From assembly GCA_951406725.2 (NCBI GenBank), contig OX597815.1, forward strand, positions 93,372,001-93,436,000: a stretch of 64,000 bases of DNA. The letters run 5' to 3'. The notes under the pieces are model-generated. The model made no database searches and was not told where the DNA came from. It was given only the letters and a program-made list of their open reading frames with translations. Source of the stretch: Octopus vulgaris (taxonomy: Eukaryota). The position numbers were made by a program, and so were the translations under genes. This document shows positions 52,401-64,000 of this stretch, in pieces; positions within the stretch are counted from its first letter, which is position 1, and each line of letters begins with the position of its first letter.

Positions 52401-53839
52401 ATAGAAAGAAATATTTTAAACAAATTTATGATAATTATAGGGCAATATAAACTAACATCAAGACAGTGGATTAGCAAAATTGATAGAACATAGTCAAAAT
52501 ATCATGTGGTGGTATTTAGTTAAATTTACACTACATTCTGTGTTTAAATCCCTCTGAAGTTAACTTTTCTTTTCATCCTTCCACAGCTGATAAAATAAAT
52601 ACCAGTTAAGTACTGGATTCAATATAACTGAATGTTGCCTCCTCAAAATTGGTTCATTTTTGCATTAGTAACATAACTGTGACATCATATATCATAAATG
52701 AAATAGCAGATTAGTCTGATATGCTATTGCTTTTTTCTTCTATTTAGTCATATGATAGTATGTTGTCGCTTTGTGCATCTATCTCCTTTGATTAGGGTTC
52801 CATCTTTCTCACTTCCTCTTCTGCACACACTTTTGTAATTATTCTTTCTCAAAACAATATTGATCTAAGATATTTTAGCATGACTATGAGTGATAAGAAC
52901 AGTTTCATAGTAAATACTATGCTGAGGATGAGTGGATGAAATGCAACATGTGTCTTGTGAAATAACGGACAATGTCAATCTATTAAAACACAGCAAGATA
53001 TCATATAAAGACAGCATGACATTACACAGTGTACAGTATCTGGCAGTGTCATGCTGTTCAGACATAGCATGGCATTATACAGTGTGCAGTAGAGTTATCA
53101 ATAAGGTCTATTGCTATAAAGAGTGAAATGTCTTAACATTTCAGGCTCTTACCATTCAATGGAGTATAGAGATAGACAAAGGTGATGTTGACCAAGCAGC
53201 AAATATGAAGAGAAATGCAGTGAATGAAAGTGTTTGGGATACAAGGAGTGCGGGAAATGGGTCAAGAGAATAAAGAGAAAGAGGACAGCATCAAGATGTT
53301 CAAAAAACAGAATCTAATGTAGATGGTCAAATGGTCAGGTGAATGCCCTTAAAAGACAACTAAACAGACATATGCAAAATCAAAAGTTGAAGCAGATATA
53401 TCATGGGAAGCAGAAGCTCCTAAGCTGAAAATTACTTACTGCTCCTGGGTAGGCAGCTTTCCCTGCTACTATGATGTGAGAGTACTCCACAAGTAGAGGA
53501 GTTGTCACATGATTGAAATTTAAGGATATCAAGGTGATACGCTCAGAATTGATCAATCCAGATGATAGCCCATTTCACTTAAATGCAATACATTGCAAAG
53601 CCAGAATGCTATATAAATTAGAGGAAGTGCAGTCAACCTCTATCTTGGCCCTACTCTTTCACTGCAATTTTTTTTTTCTTGTTTGCTGCCTACCAGATCA
53701 AGACCATTGTTTCTCTGCCCTCTATTTGGACATTCACTCCTCATTCGTATTCTATGAAGTCTGTTTTAGACTAACTGTTGCCAACACAGACCCTCATCAT
53801 TTCCAGTGAGGTGAAGTAACAGCCCATGTAATTTTGGCG

Positions 53840-54612
53840 AGAATGGATGAGGATAGCTGTGTGAAAAAGTGCCACACCCTAGCAGTTGAGGGAACCTGTG
53901 GAAGAGGTGGACCCAGGAAGATCTGGGATGAGGTGGTGAAGCACGACCTTTGAACATTAAGGCCTCACCGAGGCAATGACTAGTGACCGAGGCCTTTGGA
54001 AATACGCTGTGCTTGAGAAGACTCGGCAAGCCAAGTGAGACCATAACCCAAGGACTATGCCAGGGGTGTAACCAGCCCACTTATGCGTACCTTTCCTTCA
54101 TTGGACACTAAACTTTGCTTGAAAAGACCTGTAAAGGCAAGTGAAATCGAAATCAAATTCGATGACTGACATCCATGCTAGTGGAGTGCTAAGAGCACCA
54201 TCTGAGTGTGATTGTTGCCAGAGCAGCTGACTAGCTTCCATGCCGTTGGCACATAAAAAGCACCATTTGAGCGTGATCATTACCAGCGTTGCCTTACTGG
54301 CATGCGAAAAAGCATTCGAGTGAGGTCGTTGCCAGTGCTGCTGGACTAGCTCCTGTGCAGGTGGCACATAAAAAAACATCATTTGAGTGTGGCCATTGCC
54401 AGTACCACCTGACTGGCCGTCGTGCCGGTGGCGCGTAAAAGCACCCACTACATTCTCGGAGTGGTTGGTGTTAGGAAGGGCATCCAGCTGTAGAAACTCT
54501 GCCAGATCAGATTGGAGCCTGGTGCAGCCATCTGATTCACCAGTCCTCAGTCAAATCGTCCAACCCCATGCAAGCATGGAAAGCGGACGTTAAATGATGA
54601 TGATGATGATGA
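53840..54612 (+). mobile_element. Well-preserved RTE 3' end with tandem-repeat UTR
   Basis: MDEDSCVKKCHTLAVEGTCGRGGPRKIWDEVVKHDL, ~5 UTR units and gcatggaaagcggacgttaaatgatgatg. Further RTE 3' ends at 54684-54860 and 57775-58085. Confidence 0.88.
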
Positions 54613-55042
54613 CTCAATTAACAACAAAACAATACAATGCAAAATGGAGAGTTATGTCAGGCAGCATCATATAGCCTGATATGTTAAAAGCACCCAGCAC
54701 ACACTGTAAAGCGGTAGATGTTAGGAAGGGCATCTAACTACAGAAACTAAGCCAAACTAGAATGGAACCTGGTGCAGTTCTCTGGCATGCTAGCCCAGGT
54801 CAAACCATCCAACTCATGCCAGCATGGAAAACAGACATTAAAGAATGATGATGATGATGATATATGAACTTGCACAGCTCCATATAACTGTTATAAATAA
54901 GATACATACAGTTGGTATTACTAAAACAACAGGCTATATGATGCTTTGTCTGTCATAACTCATTATTTTACTTTGTTTTGTTATGAGGTTAATTAAATGT
55001 CTCCATAACAAAACATACCCAGCTCACTTCTTTCTTTTCAGA

Positions 55043-55114
<72 letters not shown>

Positions 55115-58100
55115 AAGAGATTAATGTATTAATGTTTTAAAATCATTAATGTTCGCCAACACATGGTGTTGGAGGAGATTCCTCCCAACACGTGCAACCA
55201 TGGCAGAACAAATGTTGTAATTGTTGTGTTTAAAGGGAGGTACACACACACACACACACACACATTTCAGTCTCTTGTCTAATACAACTATCAAGTCCCC
55301 ATCTGTTGCCCATCCCTTTACATCTTTGATGCCCTCTCATCATTTATTACTCTATCACTTATACCAACACCACTCTCCTTTTCTCTGTATCATGTTGCCT
55401 GTGTAACTAAGACAGTGGATTTCTCCTCCTATGCATTGTACCTAGCTGCCCTGTAACTCAAGATAGTATTGGGTCTATCCAATCCTCTTATATTTTGACA
55501 CTCACACTCTCTCCATTCACTGCAACATGCCACCTGTGTAACGAGAAAAGGCACTGGACTTTCTACCTCTCTTTCCCATCCAGATGCCTTTCTGTTTGTA
55601 GCTTATACATCCTACCATCATCCATTCTATACTGCTAGCCATCACTCCACTCCTAAACTTCTTGTAATTGATATCTAACACTCTCTCTTATCATCCATCA
55701 CTCAGTCTCTTTTACATATCAGCACACAGGTAACTACCATTACTCTCTCTCTCTCTCTTCTATTACTTTTTCCAGAACTATTGCTCTTTCACTATTTCCA
55801 CCTCTGCCACCCTCTCACCACAATCACTATTTCTTTCATCCTATTCTTGTTCACTTTACTCATTCACCTTAGACCTTCAGTTATCACTTTCTCTTCTAAT
55901 CACTCCCTCTCAGATACCATGAAATAAACAGGGCTCTTTAGAGGCTTTGAGCCCTAGAGGCTAAAGAGCCCAAGATAATCTCACGAACACTAATGCCATT
56001 CAGGATATTCTGTTAAGTTGTTGGTGAACAAAACAGAGACAACACAGTGTCAGGAAAGCCTTTTAGTCAGTTTAAGGACATGACAACTTCTTGAATGTTG
56101 GTGCCTTGATAAAATGTATGAAGAGTATCCACCACAGAAACCATGCCAAACATGTAATGTACAAATGAGATGTCATCCACCAACTTATTTAGGAGGGTAG
56201 AAATTCTGAATAAAAACAGACTCAACTGTGACAACCCATCCAACTCATGCTCTTGTGAAAAGTGGACACAAAATGATTACAAACTAATTTCTGATGTAAC
56301 ACTTAAGTTAGTTATTGCTTAAGCTAAAACCAGCTGAAATATTTGAGCTTATCAGCATGGTCCAGGGTTTCTCCCTAGACCATGGCTACTGGGCCAAATG
56401 TCTTCTGATTTAACCTATATAATTGAAATTGGATGATCAGAAATTGTGTGGTAGCCAATCAGATGAACTATCTGAAACCTACATCTAGAACCATGGGATT
56501 ACAAAGCAAACCTGTAATCTACATGACCATGAGTACACTGAATTTAAATCAACAACAAAAAGCATATATAATCTTAAAGAGATTGGACTGGCTTTATTTC
56601 ATGACTACAAAGAGTGAGCTGACAGATTGGCCCAGCTGTCTTATAAGGGTTAATATATAATCCTTTCTATTAAAGGCACAAGGCCTGAAGTTTGTAGAGA
56701 GGAGATTAGTTGATTACAGCAACCCCAGTGTTTCACTGGTACTTAATTTATCAAAAGGATAAAAGGCAAAGTCAACCTCAGTGGAATTTGAACTCAGAAT
56801 GTAGTGACGAGCAAAATACCACTAAGCATTTCATCCAGTATGCTAACGATTCTGCCAGCTCACCGCTTAGGGTTAATATATAATGCCAAAATAACATTGC
56901 AACTACATTTATAAACAAACCATATAACATGGTTTCCATTTCTAATCAGTTGATCACATACGTTGTCTACTTTGAACATTTAGTCATGCTATACAATGAG
57001 ATGGTCACTTAATACCTACTTCTCTCAATGGAGTGTACCTATTCTCTTACTGGAATTTCAATTGACAAAGAAAAGTATATATATTCTTGAAGAGAATGGC
57101 TCAGTCTTCTTTCTAGGCTACAAAGGTGGGCTGATAAATTAGCCCAGTTGTCTGGAGTGCACTTGTTCTCTTACTGGGGTATACCTATTTATTCATTTAC
57201 TTTAGTGTACCTATTCTCTTTCTCTCTGCTTTTCTCTCTCTCTCTCTTTAACAGAGTGTTTATCTTGTTTTCTTTCTCTACCCTTCACTCCTTCTGAAGC
57301 AGCAAATCTGTTAATCTGCCACCCCACCCTTCTCACTAACTACATTTCTTGCACAATTCCTACATCTTCTCCTTTACACTCACTCTTTCCTCAATCCTCA
57401 TTTTGTTTTCTTAAAACACATGCATAACTTAGTTTATATACTAAAGTACCATATGCTGTCAGATAACGCACTACACCAAGATATATTTATATAAAGGTTT
57501 CACTAATTAAAACTCAATCACACATTAATGTAACAGATATATGACATAAATTCTCTCTCATTAATATATGTAGCTTAAACAATAATGAAAAAAAAAAAAC
57601 TAAATGAAAATTAAATATGTCAATTATATGCTCATCAAAATTATATACAACTAAATATTGGTAATGTCTAAAATCAATCACTGAAGGAAAATCCCCTACA
57701 GTGTTCTTTTTTAAAATTCATCTAATGAATGTCAAGCAGGCTTAGACATAGCTGCCAAATCCCCCTCAACATACACCCTGTAAAAAGCACCATTCAAGCA
57801 TGGCTGTTGCCAGTGCTGCCTGTCTGGGTCCCATGCCAGTGGTGTGTAAAAAGCACCATTCAAGTGTGGTCAATGCCAGTACACATGAAAAGCCAGTGGC
57901 ACATAAAAAGCACCTACAACACTCTTGGAGTGGTTGGCGTTAGAAATGGTATCCAACTGTAGAAACCTTGCCAGATTAGATTGGAGCCTGGTGCAGCCTC
58001 CTGGCTTGCCAGTCCTCTGTCAAACCATCCAACCCATGCCAGCATGGAAAGCGGATGTTAAACTATGATGATGATGATGATGATGAATTCATTGACATTG

Positions 58101-59147
58101 TAGTCCTAGATACATTTTTTTTTTTTTTTTAAATCATAAAAAAATTTTTTTTTAAAAAGGCACAATTATAGAATGTCTTTGAACAGAGGTTGCCTGCTCG
58201 AAATCGGCCCAGAGTTAAATAAAAATAAAACATTCCATTGAAATGTTTACTTTTTTCTTTTAATGTTTTATTAGACAGGTACGGGGGAGCAACCTTTCCC
58301 ATTTCCAGGATTCAGACTGATGTAGATGATGTCTAACTAGAACTGTCACAAAAAAAAATATCTGTATACTGTGACCCTTCAGAGTCTAGTGTGCATTCTT
58401 CTCAAGTTGTTCATTTAGAAATTATGAAAAATTTGTATTTGACAACAGAGTAACAAAGGTGTGTGTGTGTGCCAATAAGATAACAGTGGGTGTATGTGTC
58501 AACAGGTAATAAAAGGGGCATTTGTATGTCAAACATGAGAAATTCTGTATGTCAGAGAGTAACAAAAAGATGTGTGTCACTAGGGTAACAAAACAGCATG
58601 TGTGTCTTTGGAATAACAAAGATATGCAATTAATAGTGACTTAACAGATCTAAAATTAGCAACAAAAGAAGATTAACCAAATATACATAGCATATCTCCA
58701 TTACTCATTATTGTCATGACAGTAATTTATCACTATCATCATCATTTTACCAGTAATAGTTTGAACATATTTTACAAAACAGCATCTAGCCATCAACCTC
58801 ACAACTATGCCATCCATTAAGTCTAATAAAAGTCTTCCTTGGCTTACGTTTACTACAGCCATTTTCCATCACAAACATGAGAAATTCTATATGTAGTGGC
58901 AAAAAGCATACAATGGAAATCTGGTCCTAGATATACTATGCCTAACCAATCAGATCTGATTTGAGGGTTATACAACAATTTACACTGGATTAATTTGCTT
59001 TTGACTATGAGAATCAACACAATATTGAAAATACTTAGGAAAAGTATGTACACCACAACTTCTCATAGTTTTCTTCATGACAAATGAGGGATACAAAAGT
59101 AAAAAAAAAATAATAATAATCATTGTTTCTTTCAACAAATAGACACT

Positions 59148-59765
59148 TGAGCCAGTGAATGAGCTTCTATATGGTCAATCAATCTGCTGAAAACAGAACT
59201 CTTGACACATTGAATAAAATAGTCCTAGACTCTGTCCAAAACAGAACAAAAAAAGAGAGAGGGAGATGGTCACTGCTGGAATGCCTTAGAACCACAGGTC
59301 TATTTTATCAGGATTGACCTGGGGCTGAACAACAATTATACACAGCTAAACATTCTGGCAATATTCATTCATTGATGTGTGTTCAATGCTAGTGATATAT
59401 GCAGTATGATGAAATACTATGGGTCTCAATCACAAATGCTCTGGTTTTAGAACTGGGATAATAAATAAGTTGTACTATAAATACAATTATTTCTTAACAC
59501 TGGAGAGAAAATAGACTTTAGCCTGGACAGCTAGATTGTGGGACAGTTATTGTTTAGATTCAGGTAAGCACAGATTGAGAAAACCTCTGATCAAAGAAGT
59601 CTAGCTATGACCATCCCATCTTTTATTCAGATACAGTGTTACATTTCAGATTACATTAACCAATATGTCCTTTTCGATTTTAAGACAATAGCATGTAAAA
59701 TGAGCAAAGATTCGCCTGCTGTTTCTAGCAAGTCAAGTAATTATGCAGAAGCTTTTCCATTGGCA
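59148..59765. repeat. Inverted pair of an abundant ~200-bp unclassified interspersed repeat
   Basis: 59148-59335 and 59548-59765 are opposite-orientation copies (motifs tgatcaaagg, atgaccatcc, acatta.ccaat.tgtc, gattt.gctgct.tttctagca). More than 10 other copies occur in the window (e.g. 1980, 2660, 7330, 18295, 20525, 21985, 40150, 61330). Confidence 0.65.
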
Positions 59766-59836
59766 CATTCAGAACACATTCTTCTATGACTATCATACAT
59801 TTGAACATTGGTCTCCATCAATGAAGTGTATGGGTA

Positions 59837-60050
59837 TAGCAGGGGGTGCTGAAAAGTTCCTGGCTCTTTGGGTAAAAGAAAATACAAGAGGATCAGTTAA
59901 TTATAATAATTCAACATATTCCCCTCTCAGACTCACATACTTATTGCAGCAGTCCTTCAGTTTTCCTAAACCCTCTAAAAGAACTCAAAAGATTGGGCCT
60001 CCAACTGTGAGACACTTAAAGCTAGGAACTTTTCCCCTCCACCACCCCGT
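59837..60050. mobile_element. mariner-type MITE
   Basis: Left agggggtgctgaaaagttcctggct and right agctaggaacttttc...accccg form imperfect TIRs of mariner style. Confidence 0.7.
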
Positions 60051-60964
60051 GTGTCTGTACTTCAATATAATGATTTTATTGCTGTAATTTGCTGTTGCAT
60101 CATATGTATTCTATATATTATTGATTCATCAAATGGTGTTGTTTTACATTGTTACATTTACATATCTGTGTGTATTCCCATCATCCTAAATTGTTATGTG
60201 TACAACTATTTACAAATATAACATATTTTTGTTATATATTATCACTAATCTAATAAATGTGTTCCCATTGTTAATTTTTGCATTATAACTATATTCATGT
60301 CATTATATTATCAATTATCACTAAGTTATATTATATATTAACCAATATTTAACTCTTGTAATATTTTCTGCATTGTCACAATATTTACTGCAGTACATTA
60401 TTGCTAATTGAGAGACCTATTGGGTATTGAGAGGGGAGTAATGTGTTGGGCTCATAATCTTAAGGACAATGGTCTAATTCCTGAGCTGGGTGGTGTATTT
60501 ATCCTTGAACAAGATAGTTCATTCTCCATTGCTCCATCTAGTTAGCTGAAAACTAATCCTAGCTAAGTGTTGATGCAGCTTTCTCTCTACCTATCACATC
60601 TTTGATGTTCTGCTGGCTCAAAGTTGTTCAGGACTACATAGACATCTAAAGCAATCAGCGAAAGCATGGTATATGCTACTAAGTTATGCCCACTTGCAAG
60701 TGCATGGCAATGGAGGGATGTGTATAACACTGTATTTACTACCAGAGCAACATATGTTACTGTGTATTATCACCATATTTACTATTTTATTATATTATTT
60801 TTATGTATTATTTCAATATCGACTTAAACAATGTGTTGTTATATTTCAGCTACAAAATTAATTTCTTTCTAAATGAAAAAAAGCATTTTACTGAATTAAC
60901 TATAAAATCAATCTAACTATCTACTACTGCTACTATTAATTGCAACTGAAGAGGTCTCAGTATC

Positions 60965-61067
60965 AGCATGTTTTTCAAGAATGGTTTTAGGCGTTCATAC
61001 AGTAGTATGTAACACTGTATCTGAATAAAAGCATGTTTTTCAAGAATGGTTTTAGGCGTTCATACAG
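60965..61067. repeat. Perfect 38-bp direct duplication with a 27-bp spacer
   Basis: agcatgtttttcaagaatggttttaggcgttcatacag at 60965-61002 and 61030-61067. Confidence 0.95.
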
Positions 61068-61879
61068 ATGCACACAGACACCTTCTACCTTTGACCCAGT
61101 ATAACATTCAGGCTGTGACAAATGGAAAGAGAGCGGGGAAGAAACTCTACTAGCACTGAGTTGCTAGTCAATTTATTCAACTCTTAAAAAAGATGAATGG
61201 TAAAGTTAACCATGCCAGGACTTGAATTCAGAGTGCAAGAACTGGAACAACTACAGCAATACATTCTGTCCAATGCTCTAATAACTCTGCTGATCAACCA
61301 CAGTAGTATAACTACAGATAAGAGAAATCCTGTATAGTCATTTAACCAGCTAGAACAGCAACCACATTACCTGAAACCATTATTGTTGAAGAGAAACAAA
61401 ACAATAAAACATGTGGTCAAGGCTAGCATGCCTTTGATCGGTGGTTACTTGATCAGAGCTCTCCTGAAGCTAAATAATAACTAGACTGCTGCTGCTGCTA
61501 CTACTACTACTATTACTACTACTACATTCTAAACAAATTGATAAATAAAAATTAATAATCTTAATAAAACATAATTAATAAAAATCTGTTTAGGTACACC
61601 AAACCACCCACTCTACATACACATATTTGCATGTATATACAAATATATGCTCTCACACACACACACACATATTTATCTCGATATGTGTGCGCATTGGCAT
61701 TAATGAATATGAATGGGGTAGAACTTCTAAAAAACCAAAAAAAAAAAACAGATGGCTTGATATTCAAAATATATAAAGTTAGTAGCTAATAATATGTTGA
61801 ATCTAGAATATATTCTTTGCTAGCAGTGATCCCAACTAGAATTTAAGCCACATCCATCTCATAGCTAGTAGTCCTGCAT

Positions 61880-62230
61880 GTTAGAATCTATGTCCACTAC
61901 AACTGAGCTTCCTTATGTTAAATCTATCTTTGCAAGAATTTAGGTCAAGTACTCCGTCACATGTTTATTCACTTAAGATTTAGGTCATGTATCCTCTGCT
62001 AGACCTACATTCACTAGAATCTGAACCATGTACTCCCTGCTGGATCTATACTCATTAGAATCTAGGTCATATTCTCCCTACTGGATCTATATTCCCTAGA
62101 ATCTGAGTCATGTATTCCTGCTGGATCTATATTCAATAGATTCTAGGTCATGTACTTCTCTAGTGAATCTATAGTCACTAAAATTGAGGCCATGTACTCT
62201 TTCTTACCCTCCCATTGGATCTATGTTTAC
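61880..62230. repeat. ~41-bp minisatellite (AGAATCTAGGTCATGTACTCCCTGCTGGATCTATATTCACT)
   Basis: Unit starts at 62016, 62057, 62098 and 62138, with more diverged units on either side. Confidence 0.88.
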
Positions 62231-63593
62231 TCATTGCTTCAAAGCATTTCTACCTATCTATATATTGCCTTTTCAAAAGTTCCCACCACCACTAACTCAC
62301 CACTGAAAACTTCAAATAAAGATTATCAGAAGAGAATAAAGTTGGTTTTGTTTTATTAGATATTGAGAGGAAGACCTTTGCAAGTCCTATCAGACTGAGA
62401 GAGTGATGTGGTTCATGTTCAGTTTGAACATCTGCTGGTCTATGTCCAGAGATAAAATGTGTGTAGAGATAATTCCAGAGGAGTTGCATTTCCAAGGAAA
62501 GACTAGAGAGAGTGTTCTTCTCAGGTTCTGAGATATAAGACGCACTGATGGTAACAGGACGATGAAGTTGGTTACTTCAGAAGGTGGGGTTTATTTTAAT
62601 ATAATGATTCATTAAGATGAATAATTAAATTGGAGAAACTTTCCTTGAAAGGAAAAACTAGCTTACTACAAGTATGATTCCTTACTACCAAACCCAACAC
62701 ACACACATATCCTTACAACCTATGTCCCCCACCCCCAAATTAATAATTAGGTGGGTAACTAGGCATGTAAAATTGCTCCAATATTCAAGTTACTGCATAC
62801 AATGGAAACCTCTTACATGGTCATTCGACCAGCTAAAATTCACAAATCTCCAAATTACACTTCAGTATTAAAATAAAAATTCGATGTATCAGTCTTAGAT
62901 AATCTTAAAATGGTAGGACAGGATGGATGGTCATCGCTGAAATAATATTTACTTACTTTTCACATGGTCTGCTTTTCTTAGCTCTATGAATTCAAATCTA
63001 TAGGAGGTAACAATTGTTACTTAGCAGTTCTGATGGAGAAAAATCAACTGCCCAAAATGAATATGAACTCATAATTCTAAGAAAACCAAACTAAGTAAAG
63101 AATAAGTAAATATCAAAAACCAAGAAAGAATTCAGAGTAGCAATAATAAATTTTATAGATAATGAATAAATTAATCAACTTCCTATCTTGATCAATTAAC
63201 ATTAGAAACTTAATGTCTCAAATCTTTCTTTGAAAAATCCTATAATTAAATTAGCATTATCTAATATTCAATAACGAAATGTTCAGTTTGAAAATATTTT
63301 ATATCACATGGGAGATTTAATAGATTTAAACAATTTATTTAAATTTAACATAATAAAAAGTTCACTAATCAAAAATAAAAAAATCTCTTGGCATTATTAA
63401 CACTATTTTATGAGAATTAAATGTTAAGGTAAAAAATGGCAATGATAACAATGGTTAGTAGCTCGATGATGATAGTGGTAGGAACAATATTGACTGATTT
63501 GTTAAGTTCTAAAACCTGAACCACCTGATTTTTTTCCAATGCAATACTAAAATTTATCTTTACAAGGAGTTAAAATTTAAAGACAAATAATCA

Positions 63594-64000
63594 GCAGTAC
63601 TCCTTATCAGATATGGAGTTGGAATTGTAGACTTGACCAAAAACAATATACAGAAACTTGACAGAAAAATTAGAAAACTATTGACAATGCACAGAGTCGA
63701 GCATCCAAAAGCTGATATCAACCAGATGTACCTGAAGAGAGACTAGGGTGGAAGAGGCTTAATTGCCATGGAAGAGTGTATAGAGATGGAAAGAAAAAGT
63801 CTACTAAAATATTTACAGAACAGCTCAGAGAAACTACTAAAGACAGTGAATAAAGGACAGGTGATCAAGTGTGGAATAGGAGAAAAGGACAAGAATGAAA
63901 TTCAAAGAGAGCACATTAGACAGATCGAAGAGAAACTTCTACATGGTCAGTTTTGGAGAGCCACTGAAGATGTATATGGAACAAAATACTGGGCTTGGTT
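63594..64000 (+). mobile_element. R4/Dong-clade non-LTR retrotransposon fragment running off the window
   Basis: AVLLIRYGVGIVDLTKNNIQKLDRKIRKLLTMHRVEHPKADINQMYLKRD*GGRGL...EEKLLHGQFWR...WAW. One stop in ~135 codons. Confidence 0.85.

Noticed and set aside
60965-61067. CRISPR-like repeat-spacer-repeat geometry
   Set aside because: Only two repeats, eukaryotic context, no cas genes or leader, and the spacer appears locally templated.
50635-64000. Upstream trio exon or promoter
   Set aside because: No segment resembling the expected A.DVLP.L.EKVA.LS exon and no clear promoter was found. It probably lies beyond the window.

Overview
AT-rich eukaryotic genomic DNA, very probably from an octopus, judging by the tRNA-derived SINE families and (GAT)n-tailed RTE LINEs. 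The window lies inside one large minus-strand gene, a Trio/Kalirin-family RhoGEF. Twelve GT-AG exons between 50634 and 11783 splice into one open frame of about 548 codons (1646 nt) encoding the SEC14/CRAL-TRIO domain and the first spectrin repeats. I did not find the upstream (start) exons or the next downstream exon, so they probably lie outside the window. The introns are full of repeats: RTE, Rex3-like, CR1/Jockey-group and R4/Dong LINE fragments, two SINE families, an internally deleted piggyBac with related TTAA-flanked MITEs, a decayed mariner, a non-autonomous Helitron, and mini- and microsatellites. No prokaryotic features or CRISPR array are present. The best leads are a ~260-bp foldback with a perfect 64-bp palindrome and a degenerate hammerhead-like core just upstream of a Trio exon, a candidate 12-nt microexon or alternative donor in the 16.5-kb intron, tandem in-frame donors on one exon, and inverted repeat pairs bracketing exons. 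All of these are hypotheses. I cannot claim a demonstrably new system from sequence alone.
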